Of a stretch of DNA of 64,000 nucleotides, positions 1-10,867 are shown in pieces (the stretch's first letter is position 1; each line of letters begins with the position of its first letter). Under the pieces are notes generated by a model, which worked only from the letters and a program-made list of their open reading frames with translations, searched no databases and was not told where the DNA came from. The translations under genes and the position numbers were made by a program. Location: the NCBI GenBank assembly GCA_000146045.2, contig BK006946.2:288001-352000 (forward strand), given 5' to 3'. The DNA is from TPA_inf: Saccharomyces (taxonomy: Eukaryota).

Positions 1-78
1 TTCCTCTTTCTCAATTCCTCTTATATTAGATTATAAGAACAACAAATTAAATTACAAAAAGACTTATAAAGCAACATA

Positions 79-1704
79 ATGTCTGAATTCGCTACTAGCC
101 GCGTTGAAAGTGGCTCTCAACAAACTTCTATCCACTCTACTCCGATAGTGCAGAAATTAGAGACGGATGAATCTCCTATTCAAACCAAATCTGAATACAC
201 TAACGCTGAACTCCCAGCAAAGCCAATCGCCGCATATTGGACTGTTATCTGTTTATGTCTAATGATTGCATTTGGTGGGTTTGTCTTTGGTTGGGATACT
301 GGTACCATCTCTGGTTTTGTTAATCAAACCGATTTCAAAAGAAGATTTGGTCAAATGAAATCTGATGGTACCTATTATCTTTCGGACGTCCGGACTGGTT
401 TGATCGTTGGTATCTTCAATATTGGTTGTGCCTTTGGTGGGTTAACCTTAGGACGTCTGGGTGATATGTATGGACGTAGAATTGGTTTGATGTGCGTCGT
501 TCTGGTATACATCGTTGGTATTGTGATTCAAATTGCTTCTAGTGACAAATGGTACCAATATTTCATTGGTAGAATTATCTCTGGTATGGGTGTCGGTGGT
601 ATTGCTGTCCTATCTCCAACTTTGATTTCCGAAACAGCACCAAAACACATTAGAGGTACCTGTGTTTCTTTCTATCAGTTAATGATCACTCTAGGTATTT
701 TCTTAGGTTACTGTACCAACTATGGTACTAAAGACTACTCCAATTCAGTTCAATGGAGAGTGCCTTTGGGTTTGAACTTTGCCTTCGCTATTTTCATGAT
801 CGCTGGTATGCTAATGGTTCCAGAATCTCCAAGATTCTTAGTCGAAAAAGGCAGATACGAAGACGCTAAACGTTCTTTGGCAAAATCTAACAAAGTCACC
901 ATTGAAGATCCAAGTATTGTTGCTGAAATGGATACAATTATGGCCAACGTTGAAACTGAAAGATTAGCCGGTAACGCTTCTTGGGGTGAGTTATTCTCCA
1001 ACAAAGGTGCTATTTTACCTCGTGTGATTATGGGTATTATGATTCAATCCTTACAACAATTAACTGGTAACAATTACTTCTTCTATTATGGTACTACTAT
1101 TTTCAACGCCGTCGGTATGAAAGATTCTTTCCAAACTTCCATCGTTTTAGGTATAGTCAACTTCGCATCCACTTTCGTGGCCTTATACACTGTTGATAAA
1201 TTTGGTCGTCGTAAGTGTCTATTGGGTGGTTCTGCTTCCATGGCCATTTGTTTTGTTATCTTCTCTACTGTCGGTGTCACAAGCTTATATCCAAATGGTA
1301 AAGATCAACCATCTTCCAAGGCTGCCGGTAACGTCATGATTGTCTTTACCTGTTTATTCATTTTCTTCTTCGCTATTAGTTGGGCCCCAATTGCCTACGT
1401 TATTGTTGCCGAATCCTATCCTTTGCGTGTCAAAAATCGTGCTATGGCTATTGCTGTTGGTGCCAACTGGATTTGGGGTTTCTTGATTGGTTTCTTCACT
1501 CCCTTCATTACAAGTGCAATTGGATTTTCATACGGGTATGTCTTCATGGGCTGTTTGGTATTTTCATTCTTCTACGTGTTTTTCTTTGTCTGTGAAACCA
1601 AGGGCTTAACATTAGAGGAAGTTAATGAAATGTATGTTGAAGGTGTCAAACCATGGAAATCTGGTAGCTGGATCTCAAAAGAAAAAAGAGTTTCCGAGGA
1701 ATAA
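79..1704 (+). CDS. HXT2: Hexose transporter, MFS sugar porter family, 541 aa
   Basis: ATG at 79. Twelve-TM sugar porter signatures (GRR, PESPRF/L, PETKG). N-terminus [15 protein letters not shown] as I recall for Hxt2. Sits next to CLU1 as on chr XIII. Confidence 0.9.
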
Positions 1705-2800
1705 GAGATTATACTTAAACTAGCACTGATTTTTTTAAGGCTAATGGCTACTAATACTTTAATAGATGATCTTCATACTTTTTTATTTAACGATTTTTAA
1801 TGATGTTTTTATTTGTACCACTCATTTATCTAGATTTTTTTAATACTGATCAAATCTTACGGACTCGACGTTAAAAAGTTCCTACATACGTCTGGTACTT
1901 GAAACGCTGCTTCGAGGTATTGACACTATAAGAATACGATCCAAATACTTACACCGCATGTAAAAATATGCCGACAATATGAATACTTGTTGATGAATGA
2001 TATTTGATTTTAATCCGGCAATTTACCTCCTTTATATAATCCAATAATTGTTGATAATTAGTGGTTAGGTTGCAGTACTAATAAGAATTAAGACAAATAT
2101 TCTTCTACTATATAAAAGGTGCAAACAAAACACACGCCGATCGGCCATACTAAACAAGACCAACATAATAATGGTGGAACCATTTACTGTATTTTCAATG
2201 TAACGACTCATATCCTTATACATGAGACGTCAAGTTTCTCGTTGAAGTAATAATGAATCTTTAACTTTACTGTGCCACATATCACGTAATCATATATTGT
2301 TTTTCGCCTTCAAGCATCAATGGCGTATTGTGGCTGATTACTTCATATGATCACTAATTAACTAATTATGAAAAATAATAAATAAGTCACCAACCAAGCA
2401 AGGAAATTAGCTTCAAGTAAACAGTTGGTTCTTTCTGGCGAGTTAGAACAAAATTAAACAATAATCTATCGACTAGCATTCATATCACCAATATATCGTC
2501 ATATACAGCGAAATGATTGCATTTACTGGATTGAATGGATACACTTTGAAGATGAACCTTTATCATAGTTGAAATGGGATAGCTGAGAAACTTGTGCATG
2601 ATTTGATGATTGTTTGGGTTCAACCGTTGGGGATAAGGACTATAATATTAGGTACACAGAAATTCCAAATATATAAGTAGCAGTGCTTTATGAAACTATA
2701 ATGTCAGAGTAGTTATGTAAAAATAGAACAATTGATATGATCGTTTCTTTAATAACTCGATAAGGAGTTCTCTACGAAAAATATCAACAGTGAAATATAA

Positions 2801-2872
2801 TCCGATATAGTGTAACGGCTATCACATCACGCTTTCACCGTGGAGACCGGGGTTCGACTCCCCGTAGCGGAG
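2801..2872 (+). tRNA. tE(UUC): tRNA-Glu (anticodon UUC), 72 nt
   Basis: Sequence TCCGATATAGTGTAACGGCTATCACATCACGCTTTCACCGTGGAGACCGGGGTTCGACTCCCCGTAGCGGAG. Cloverleaf with anticodon loop CTTTCAC, T-loop GGTTCGACTCC, followed by a T-tract. See the finding on the acceptor-stem mismatch. Confidence 0.88.
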
Positions 2873-2882
2873 TTTTCTTTTT
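2873..2882 (+). terminator. Pol III terminator T-tract (TTTTCTTTTT) after tRNA-Glu
   Basis: T-run immediately 3' of the tRNA. Confidence 0.7.
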
Positions 2883-3133
2883 GAAGAAATTTGAAAATTT
2901 TTTTCTTCACGTCGACCAAGGTTTTTTCCGGTCAAACATGGCCAATAAAACGGATACCATTTCTTGGAAATTATACGCTTCGAAGTATTCTCAAAAAAGG
3001 AAATTGTCTGCAGTGAAGATTGGATATAAGGTTCACTAAACACAGAGTAGTAATTGAGCTGTAATTTGTTTACAGAACGAATCAAATCAGCGTAGTGTTA
3101 CAGTTTATCTGAGACTGCATATCTTTAATCTCT

Positions 3134-6100
3134 ATGAGCGAGAAAAAAGAAGAAGTTAAAAACGCCACCGTTAAGGTGACTGTCAAACTTCCAAAAGAAG
3201 ATAACCATTCGCATAATACGAAACATCTCAAAAAGACCCAAAGTTCAAAAAATAATGATATATCTTTTGAAATCGGCAAGGAATCCAAAATTCAAACTGT
3301 TCTAGATGTGTTGGCTATGATTCCAAGTTCCAAGTACCTGACAAACGTTGGGCTGAAAACAATTGAAGGTGACTCCCAGCTATCTGATGAAATGTCTATA
3401 AAGGAAATTGTTGGTGAGAAAAGCGAGTTAAAACTTCAATTGATACTGAAGCCATATAGCGCAAGAGAGGCTTTGAAACATGTGATTACTGTTCGCGATT
3501 TCATCGGATTTGCCCAAGAAACCTCAGATGGATTATCTGAATTTGCTATTTCTACTGGTTCAAGCTTTTCCTCGTTACCGTTGGGTCCTATCAAGGAACG
3601 CTCAAAACAAGAAGAAAAAGACGAGAAGAGCGATCCAGAAGAAAAGAAAAATACTTTCAAAGATGTGACTGACGAGGAAAAACTAAAATTTAACGAGATG
3701 GTTCACGAAGTGTTTTCTAGCTTTAAGAATTCTTCAATTAACAAACTTCTCACCTCTGAATCCAACATCATCACGCCGTGCGTCAGGTCTTTGAGTTTCG
3801 CACCTTACAATCCTGTACCTCCATTTTATAGAAGTAAAGGTCATCTATTTTACCTACAAATTGTCACTTTGGAAGGTGAGAGTTTCTATATCACTGCAAT
3901 TCCATCTGGATTCTATGTCAATAAATCAAACTCAACTAAGTTCGATCCTTCTCCAAAAGAAAACACTGACGAGAACGCGCACTCATCCCTGATCTATTAC
4001 AGTCTATTTGACTTGATTGCTTCTCGCTCTAAAAAATTCATTTCTCATGTCCAAGCATTCGAGAAAAAACTATCTGCTTTAGATTCTACAAGCTATGTAA
4101 GACCAAGCAATACTTTCTTGCATAAACCATGGTTTGTTTCTTCATTGCCACCAAATAACCCAGATTATCTGAGGTTACAAACTGCCGCCTTGGATACCAC
4201 GCCAGAAAGAAACTTTAATGATGAATTTCAAGCCATTAAAGATTTGACTACGTCAACATTACAAGATCGTATTGAAATGGAAAGGTTGTTTTCTAAAGTT
4301 GTACATGAATTTTCTGTTACTGCAGCATCAGGCGCTATGTCAATTTTTTACAGTGATTTCGTTGCAATGAACCCAGAATCTCCAACTCGGGATCAAATTT
4401 TCTTAAAAGACAATATCTTTTATTCCTATGTTTCCGACGTTAGTGGCAATTATGAAGGGAAAGGTGGGGATGAAGCTGCAATCGCTGCTTCCAACCAAGA
4501 CTTGAAGACAATCAATATTTTGAATCGCTTGCATATGCACGAAGTTCGTTATCTTTTAACAACTGTAGTCGAATTTGCAGGCAGAAGAATTTTGGCTCAA
4601 ACTCCAGTACCTGGACTCTTAGCTACCATGGGTAACAAAATTGTAAAAGATGCTAATACCGGCGAAGAGGTTACCGAAGATTTTGTCAATGATATTAATG
4701 TAAAGTACGGCCTTGATGAAGGTTTGGGAAAGATTGTTTATGATGCTGACTTTGATTCTGTTTTAGAAAAAAAGTTTGTCAAGGCATTCCATTTGAAAAA
4801 GCACAAAGTCAACGGTACTGAATTAGCATTTTCATCGCAATCCAAGGGAATAGTTGGATTCGATAAGAGGCGCTATATTTTGGATTTAGCCAACACGTAT
4901 CCCTTGGACATCAACTTTGCTAGACAAAACTTTGACAACATCGAAGAGACTGGAAACCGTTACCCACACAGGCAAACTTTGTTACGTCCGGAGTTAGTAG
5001 AAAAGTGGTGGAATAATAAAGTTGAGAAGGAAGGTGTTGAATTTGAAAAGGCCTATGAAGAAAATTTGTTTAGTTATAACCCTGATGCTTACCAGGTCGA
5101 AGGTATTGAGGACGCTAATGTTGACGAAATGTCGAACTACTTACAAAAAGAAGTTATTCCCAGCGTTATTCAAGATTATTTATCTGGAAATTTGAGCACT
5201 CCTTATAATGGTGAACATTTAGCCGATACTTTACATAAGAATGGTATCAACATGCGTTACTTGGGTAAAATTATCGAGCTTTCTCAAAAGGAATTGGACT
5301 CCCAAATTGTCCACTACGAACAAAATTTGAAAGCTGTTGAACAAGACAACAAAGAATATGAGGATTGGGAAAAATCTTATCTGCAAAAAATTGAGAACAT
5401 GATTAAAGAGAGACAAGCCAAGATTAATAAGCTGGTACAAGAAGGCAAAGAGGTTCCAAAAGAACTAACTGAAGATTTGAAATTAAACGATGAAGAAATC
5501 AAAAAGCCCACCGATGGAAAACCTGTGGTCGTTGCCTATGATGAGCTAGTGCCATTAATTAAAATTTCCGAATTAGAAATTGTTTCGCGTTCTTTGAAAC
5601 ATGTTTTAAAAGATTTGAGTAAAGATGTTCCGGTCTTCTTGGTTCCATCACTGGTAGCATACGTTTTCAATATGTTAGTTGGTATCAACTACAATGCTGA
5701 TCCGAAGCCAGAACCAGTCGACGAATTTTATCCAGTCAATAAGTGCTCATTTGCTAAATTAACACGCTCCGAATTGCTGGAAGCTGTCTCTAAACAAGCC
5801 TTCTTGCGTTTCCGTCATCAATTACCATCCAATTGGATCGAAGCTTACATGGAAAATCCTTTCACCCTCATTAGAAGTGTTTCTTACAAATTTGGTATTC
5901 AATTGCTCAATAAAGAATACTTCTTTACTAGAGAACAATTGGAAAGTTATAAGCAAAGTCTTGACAAGAAAATTAGGAACAAGTTTGTCGAACCACCAAC
6001 TACCTTCAGTTTAAGCGATTTGACCATTATTCCACGTGTTAAGTTCTCAGAATATACTTCTTCAGTTAGTGAGGAATTTTGGGCTCAAGGTGCTTCTATG

Positions 6101-6967
6101 ATCAACGAAGACAAACAAAGTGCTTTGACTTTACTCGCTCAATCAATTACAGTCTTAGAAGATGTTAACAATATTTTACATCCCGCCGTTGCTGAAAAGT
6201 ACTTGTCATTATCTGCCATTTATAATAAGTTAGCATTATACCCTGAAGCTATCGCGTTCTGTCGTAAAGCATGTACTATTTATGAAAGAGTTAGCGGTAT
6301 TGATTCTTTTGAAATGATGAGGGCTTTAACTAATTTAGCAATTCTAGAATTCTCTAATGAAAGTCCTTATAACGCTACTGTGGTTTATAATAGGCTCGCA
6401 GAAATCCTAAAAGTTTATGAGTTACCAAAAATCCATCACCCAGCCCCCACAAGCATTTTCAACCATTTGGAACAATTAGCCCTAGGTGTTCAAGATACCA
6501 AATTGGCTATTGAAGTCTTGGGACAACTAAGCTCCTATGTTGTGGAATTAGAAGGCAAAGATTCATTAGCATATGGCTATACCGAGTCACGTTTAGGTAA
6601 TTTGTTTGCAGCATTGAAGGATTTCCACCGTGCATTAGAGCACATCACTGTAACCCAAGGGATTTTCACCAAGCAATTGGGTATGAATCACACGCACTCA
6701 GCCCAATCAAGACAGTGGGTTAATGGTTTAAGCTCATTAATAATGGATTTAAAACAAAAGAAGCAACTTGCACAAGATCAAATGTCGACAACGGGATCAA
6801 ATTCAGCTGGCCATAAAAAAACCAATCACCGTCAAAAGAAGGATGACGTTAAACCTGAATTGGCTAACAAAAGTGTGGATGAGTTGTTAACATTTATAGA
6901 AGGCGATTCTTCCAACTCTAAGAGCAAAAACAAAACCAACAATAAAAAGAAGCATGGTAAGAAATAG
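3134..6967 (+). CDS. CLU1: Clustered mitochondria protein, eIF3-associated, 1277 aa
   Basis: ATG at 3134. 1277-aa ORF starting MSEKKEEVKNATVKV, C-terminal TPR-like region and K-rich tail. Position between HXT2 and SEC59. Confidence 0.9.
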   Translation: MSEKKEEVKNATVKVTVKLPKEDNHSHNTKHLKKTQSSKNNDISFEIGKESKIQTVLDVLAMIPSSKYLTNVGLKTIEGDSQLSDEMSIKEIVGEKSELKLQLILKPYSAREALKHVITVRDFIGFAQETSDGLSEFAISTGSSFSSLPLGPIKERSKQEEKDEKSDPEEKKNTFKDVTDEEKLKFNEMVHEVFSSFKNSSINKLLTSESNIITPCVRSLSFAPYNPVPPFYRSKGHLFYLQIVTLEGESFYITAIPSGFYVNKSNSTKFDPSPKENTDENAHSSLIYYSLFDLIASRSKKFISHVQAFEKKLSALDSTSYVRPSNTFLHKPWFVSSLPPNNPDYLRLQTAALDTTPERNFNDEFQAIKDLTTSTLQDRIEMERLFSKVVHEFSVTAASGAMSIFYSDFVAMNPESPTRDQIFLKDNIFYSYVSDVSGNYEGKGGDEAAIAASNQDLKTINILNRLHMHEVRYLLTTVVEFAGRRILAQTPVPGLLATMGNKIVKDANTGEEVTEDFVNDINVKYGLDEGLGKIVYDADFDSVLEKKFVKAFHLKKHKVNGTELAFSSQSKGIVGFDKRRYILDLANTYPLDINFARQNFDNIEETGNRYPHRQTLLRPELVEKWWNNKVEKEGVEFEKAYEENLFSYNPDAYQVEGIEDANVDEMSNYLQKEVIPSVIQDYLSGNLSTPYNGEHLADTLHKNGINMRYLGKIIELSQKELDSQIVHYEQNLKAVEQDNKEYEDWEKSYLQKIENMIKERQAKINKLVQEGKEVPKELTEDLKLNDEEIKKPTDGKPVVVAYDELVPLIKISELEIVSRSLKHVLKDLSKDVPVFLVPSLVAYVFNMLVGINYNADPKPEPVDEFYPVNKCSFAKLTRSELLEAVSKQAFLRFRHQLPSNWIEAYMENPFTLIRSVSYKFGIQLLNKEYFFTREQLESYKQSLDKKIRNKFVEPPTTFSLSDLTIIPRVKFSEYTSSVSEEFWAQGASMINEDKQSALTLLAQSITVLEDVNNILHPAVAEKYLSLSAIYNKLALYPEAIAFCRKACTIYERVSGIDSFEMMRALTNLAILEFSNESPYNATVVYNRLAEILKVYELPKIHHPAPTSIFNHLEQLALGVQDTKLAIEVLGQLSSYVVELEGKDSLAYGYTESRLGNLFAALKDFHRALEHITVTQGIFTKQLGMNHTHSAQSRQWVNGLSSLIMDLKQKKQLAQDQMSTTGSNSAGHKKTNHRQKKDDVKPELANKSVDELLTFIEGDSSNSKSKNKTNNKKKHGKK

Positions 6968-7178
6968 AGAGCTAACTTAACAATCTCGTTTATTTATTAT
7001 TTTTCTTTATATCTATAGCCCATACTTGTATATACTACGTGTAAGTACTAGATATAAAACGAAAAAAAAATACTTACAATTATTTTTTTTTCTTTACTGC
7101 TCTATTCTTTTCTTTATTCTATTCATAAATGCAAACAATTAGTTATGTAATTTTAAAAGTTGAAAATAATTGACTTTG

Positions 7179-8738
7179 TCAAAGAGTAATTAATTTTTCA
7201 CAAATCATCATAAATGCAGGTATCAAAATATTGTCATTAAGCACACTATTACCTTCTAGCACTCCACTCAGTGTACAAAGGGTAAGCAATTGTAAAGTAG
7301 TTAGGTGGTTAAAAATTGCAGCTTTATCAAAACGTAACAATACCAAACAAACGATAAAACTCGTTACTATAAACGCAAGAGTTCCCTCTAAAGTTTTTTG
7401 TGTACCTTTCCAACGAATGCGGCCATACCTTTTACCAATAATAGATGCTAAGGAATCACCAATTCCCAATCCTATTAGACCCATTGGAGAGTTATTCATT
7501 AATAAAGGTGTTGATATTCCGAAGAGTAAATAAAGGTATGATATGATCAATGGCCCGCTGTGGTCCCTATCATCAGCAAACCTTCTTAGTTGTAATTCAA
7601 TAGCAGATCCTAACGGCGGTAGGTTTTGAAATCTTATGTACTCAATTGATAAGAAGACTGGTATTGTTCCGGACAATGCAATTTTCACAAAGTTTGAATC
7701 CATTTGGAATGACGGTATTATGAGTAAGAAAATGATGAAATGCCACAATTTTCGGGAGGTGTTCAACGATAGACTGTCCTTCTCGATCAATATACTTGGT
7801 ATGGACAGTATAAGAATTGAAGACCAAGCAAACAAAATCTTTTGACGAATAGTAGACTCTAAGATATATTTTACCAGCCAAAGTAGCGGATTTTCACCGT
7901 CTTCTAAATGAATGAAGGTATTGGCAAAAAGTGGAAGCCCGATGGCAAAGGATATTGACAGCATAAACGGTTTAAAGTGCATTACCTTTTTGAGCACATA
8001 GTTAATTGAAATTATTGTTGTGAGAGCAAGGATAATGCCCTTCAAAATTCTAAAATGTACTGTGCCAGCCTCTGAAACGTACAGAATATTGGTTAATAGG
8101 ATACTAAAAAGATTAGAGTCGATATTATCTAAACTTTTCAATTGCCCAATATACTTCAAAATTAACGACAGTAAAGAATTTATTACTATGCTAATAATAT
8201 TCTTTAACCTGTCACCAGCCTCAAAATTAAAAAATATGAGGCAGAGCTGTAAAATGATCACTACCAACTGAGTTCGCCATCTATATGAATTTAATACCGA
8301 AAGGATCAAAATAGTATTTATCACCGTAGATGATGTATCGAACAACAACGAAACCATAAACGGTAAATATAAACTGTAAATGGTATCGAACTTGGGTAGG
8401 CTTTTGTAACCATGTTGCCAATATTTTGTGAATATCAGACCAACCATTATCAAACACACCACAAAGACATTTACAAAGATTTGTTTATAAGATATATCAG
8501 CGGTAACAATGGACCACGGCTGAAGCCTTTCAACACAGTAAAAAAAAGTGCCCAACAATATAACAGTTTGAACAAAATTCGAATAAAAGCACTCAAAATC
8601 TCGAGAATTCCCGCCCACATCAAATTTACGAGTCCTCATATTGATTTTGCAGATCTCCTCAGTTGGCATTTGGCTTCCCTCAGTTTTCTGGGTTAGTTTA
8701 ATTGTGGTAAAGGAAGCATGAGGTATTATAGCGACCAT
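7179..8738 (-). CDS. SEC59: Dolichol kinase, polytopic ER membrane protein, 519 aa
   Basis: Multi-TM protein, 519 aa, with a dolichol kinase-like C-terminus (...LEGNSVLNDNILIP). Correct neighbour order. Confidence 0.88.
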   Translation of the reverse strand: MVAIIPHASFTTIKLTQKTEGSQMPTEEICKINMRTRKFDVGGNSRDFECFYSNFVQTVILLGTFFYCVERLQPWSIVTADISYKQIFVNVFVVCLIMVGLIFTKYWQHGYKSLPKFDTIYSLYLPFMVSLLFDTSSTVINTILILSVLNSYRWRTQLVVIILQLCLIFFNFEAGDRLKNIISIVINSLLSLILKYIGQLKSLDNIDSNLFSILLTNILYVSEAGTVHFRILKGIILALTTIISINYVLKKVMHFKPFMLSISFAIGLPLFANTFIHLEDGENPLLWLVKYILESTIRQKILFAWSSILILSIPSILIEKDSLSLNTSRKLWHFIIFLLIIPSFQMDSNFVKIALSGTIPVFLSIEYIRFQNLPPLGSAIELQLRRFADDRDHSGPLIISYLYLLFGISTPLLMNNSPMGLIGLGIGDSLASIIGKRYGRIRWKGTQKTLEGTLAFIVTSFIVCLVLLRFDKAAIFNHLTTLQLLTLCTLSGVLEGNSVLNDNILIPAFMMICEKLITL

Positions 8739-8965
8739 ATAGGCAATGAACAGAATAACGACAGTTTATTGCCTCGAAAGGAGTCTGATTTACTAGCTAA
8801 ATTCTAATATTTGGCTTACTACAAACTCTATCTTTCATAGAATACGTCCTTCGATACCATTTTCACCATCTTGACTAACAACGTGTACAACTCTTTTGAA
8901 AATTACGTGCCTGAAAACCCAACCATTGCGGACAGCCCTCAATAACGTATCTTAGCATTACCCGC

Positions 8966-8978
8966 ACACCCATACATC
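8966..8978 (+). promoter_or_regulatory. Rap1-binding site ACACCCATACATC upstream of the snoRNA array
   Basis: Exact match to the ACACCCRYACAYM consensus, followed by a T-rich tract. Typical yeast snoRNA/RP promoter architecture. Confidence 0.6.
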
Positions 8979-9030
8979 TAGAACTTTTTTCATTTCTGAA
9001 AATTTTTTTTTCTTCTAGGATTACTTCGGG

Positions 9031-9038
9031 TATAAATA
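9031..9038 (+). promoter_or_regulatory. TATA box (TATAAATA) for the polycistronic snoRNA precursor
   Basis: Canonical TATA about 55 bp downstream of the Rap1 site and about 240 bp upstream of the first C/D unit. Confidence 0.5.
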
Positions 9039-9275
9039 AGAGACGCAGAAATGGTTATTGGCAATTAATGCTTCCTCTCTTTAATAAGTTACAATATTAG
9101 AATCCTATGATTTCCATCACAAAGATCAATACAAAAGAAATATTCAGATGAGTGGGAGCTATGAAAGGCTGAGAGAGAAATTGAATCCATAAAACGTTTT
9201 TTTCCGTGTTCTTTTTTTCTTCTTTATCAAAGTTAGTTTTTCAGATATGTCTTTTGTCATTATCACAGGCTAATT

Positions 9276-9362
9276 ATTCCCTTGATGACCAAAATAAATT
9301 TTTACAAACTAGAGTTTCTGAATCTTTTGTGATTAGAACGTTTATTCTTATTTCTGAGGTTT
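9276..9362 (+). ncRNA. SNR78: Box C/D snoRNA unit 1 (probably snR78)
   Basis: C-like box TGATGA at 9283-9288, D' CTGA at 9318-9321, D CTGA at 9354-9357. First of seven units spaced about 200 bp apart. Confidence 0.5.
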
Positions 9363-9504
9363 TTAATTAGCAATAAAGAAGAAAAAACTGAAAGGAAAAG
9401 TCTAAATAGAAATACAGTAGTATTTCTTCAATTTCTCTGCTCTCCTTTCATTTACCACACCCATTTCAATTTTCTTTTTATTCCATATTTATTCAAAGGT
9501 GTTT

Positions 9505-9594
9505 GTTCATATGATGATTATAACAAAAACAAAAGCTGGAATTACTGGCTGAACGAGTATATGTTGATACGTTTTTGCACTATCCTGACCTAGC
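9505..9594 (+). ncRNA. SNR77: Box C/D snoRNA unit 2 (probably snR77, guide for 18S Um578)
   Basis: C box ATGATGA at 9511-9517, D' CTGA at 9549-9552, D CTGA at 9585-9588. The 11-nt guide GCTGGAATTAC (9535-9545), 3 nt upstream of D', is complementary to the conserved 18S sequence GUAAUUCCAGC and obeys the D'+5 rule. Confidence 0.72.
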
Positions 9595-9726
9595 AAACAC
9601 CTTTAAAATAAATACTAGAAAGTTGACACATTTCCATAAATTGGAAGAATACATTTAAGCTTAGAAAACAGTAGTTTTTTAGTGCTATTCTTCCGTAGAT
9701 TGATGTTTTCGATCTATTTGATACAA

Positions 9727-9830
9727 TGGAAATGAGGATCCACAGCACTGGGCACTGAGGGGGAAACAAATATCCTTTCAAATGAGTGACAATGCTTTAG
9801 CGGGCCTAGAAAACCCGCGCAACTGATCCA
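9727..9830 (+). ncRNA. SNR76: Box C/D snoRNA unit 3 (probably snR76)
   Basis: C-like ATGAGGA at 9732-9738, CTGA at 9755-9758, C'-like ATGAGTGA, D CTGA at 9823-9826. GGA/UCC terminal pairing and an internal GCGGG/CCCGC hairpin. Boundaries approximate. Confidence 0.42.
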
Positions 9831-9912
9831 TTGTAAGTTTTTCTGAGGGCTAACAGAATTTTCTATAGGGAAGAATGGATTTTTTTCTCATTTTCGTATA
9901 ATTATGTGAATT

Positions 9913-9994
9913 GGTTTTTATGATGAGATATTTATAGATGACGAGTCTGATCATTCGTGAAGACACAACTATTAAAATTACCATTCATGCCTTT
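9913..9994 (+). ncRNA. SNR75: Box C/D snoRNA unit 4 (probably snR75)
   Basis: Perfect C box ATGATGA at 9920-9926, D' CTGA at 9945-9948, D CTGA at 9985-9988. Confidence 0.55.
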
Positions 9995-10135
9995 CTGAAG
10001 CTGTTTACATTATTCTTTTCGATTAGCAAAGAATTTGGAAATAGAAAAAAATCGACAGATAACTAGTTCATCAGTTGATGTGTCTGTATTGCTTCCATGT
10101 TTTTTAAAGAAAATTTCTACCTTAGAGACGTCAAT

Positions 10136-10222
10136 GCTGCAGAAGATGAAACAAATTACTCAAATAGACAAGCATATGTCTGATCTTCATGATTGAAAAG
10201 AGCAATTAGTGTCTGATGCAAT
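10136..10222 (+). ncRNA. SNR74: Box C/D snoRNA unit 5 (probably snR74, guide for 18S Am28)
   Basis: C-like AGATGA at 10144-10149, D' CTGA at 10180-10183, C'-like ATGATTGA, D CTGA at 10213-10216. Terminal stem TGCA/TGCA. The 13-nt guide AGACAAGCATATG (10166-10178) is complementary to 18S rRNA nt 25-37 (CAUAUGCUUGUCU) and places A28 at D'+5. Confidence 0.75.
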
Positions 10223-10304
10223 TTAAACTAGAAAATTTATCTGAGAGAGATGAGAGATCGTACAAACTGTTTCAAGGTTTTTAACTTTTCTCCAATTTCA
10301 AAAA

Positions 10305-10413
10305 TTGTTTATGATGATTTCCACATTTCACGACGGTCAACTGCGTTTTTCGAATGTTTATCGATTAACTTTGATGATATTTCGCCTGTGACAGGGCGTG
10401 GTACTGAGCTTTA
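10305..10413 (+). ncRNA. SNR73: Box C/D snoRNA unit 6 (probably snR73)
   Basis: C box ATGATGA at 10311-10317, C' TGATGA at about 10373-10378, D CTGA at 10404-10407. Confidence 0.55.
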
Positions 10414-10551
10414 ATATTTTTAGCAAATTTAGAAATTGGGTCAAGCGAACCATTGTAATGCTGACTATTTGGACGACTCTAATCTCTTCAATATATTTGA
10501 GTTCAAATATATTAACTTGAGTAAATTTTCTCTTGCGTTAATTATAACTAA

Positions 10552-10650
10552 TTGTGATGTGATGACAACTTCTTGAGCTATATATTTTCTTGAGAACATC
10601 AATGAAGAAAACGTCTCATCAAATGATTTGCACGTCAGTCTGATCACAAG
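10552..10650 (+). ncRNA. SNR72: Box C/D snoRNA unit 7 (probably snR72)
   Basis: C box GTGATGA at 10559-10565, C'-like ATGAAGA, D CTGA at 10640-10643. Last unit before the BUD22 promoter. Confidence 0.5.
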
Positions 10651-10867
10651 CCATATAAAATTCTTTAAGTATTTTATCCATTCTACCTTTTTCATCTGTT
10701 AGTGATCGATTAAAGCAACACCCAGACATTACATGGCCCATATGGCAAAAATTTTCATCTCATCTACCTCATCACTGTGTGCATTTAGTGTATGAATGAC
10801 TACTTTAAGCAATTTAACCAGTATATACGTATAAAGAGGTCAAGTGTACGGATAACCCAAAGGAAAC

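Noticed and set aside
1705-2800. Possible Ty LTR (delta, sigma or tau) next to tRNA-Glu, or next to tRNA-Ala at 33220-33870
   Set aside because: No TGTTG...CAACA termini, no recognisable delta or sigma sequence blocks, no target-site duplications. Ordinary AT-rich intergenic DNA.
9696-9765. Extra C/D-like module (TTGATGT ... CTGA at 9755) that would make an eighth snoRNA
   Set aside because: Too short (about 65 nt) with a degenerate C box. It fits better as the 5' part and D' box of the unit assigned to 9727-9830. Exact boundaries need an alignment.
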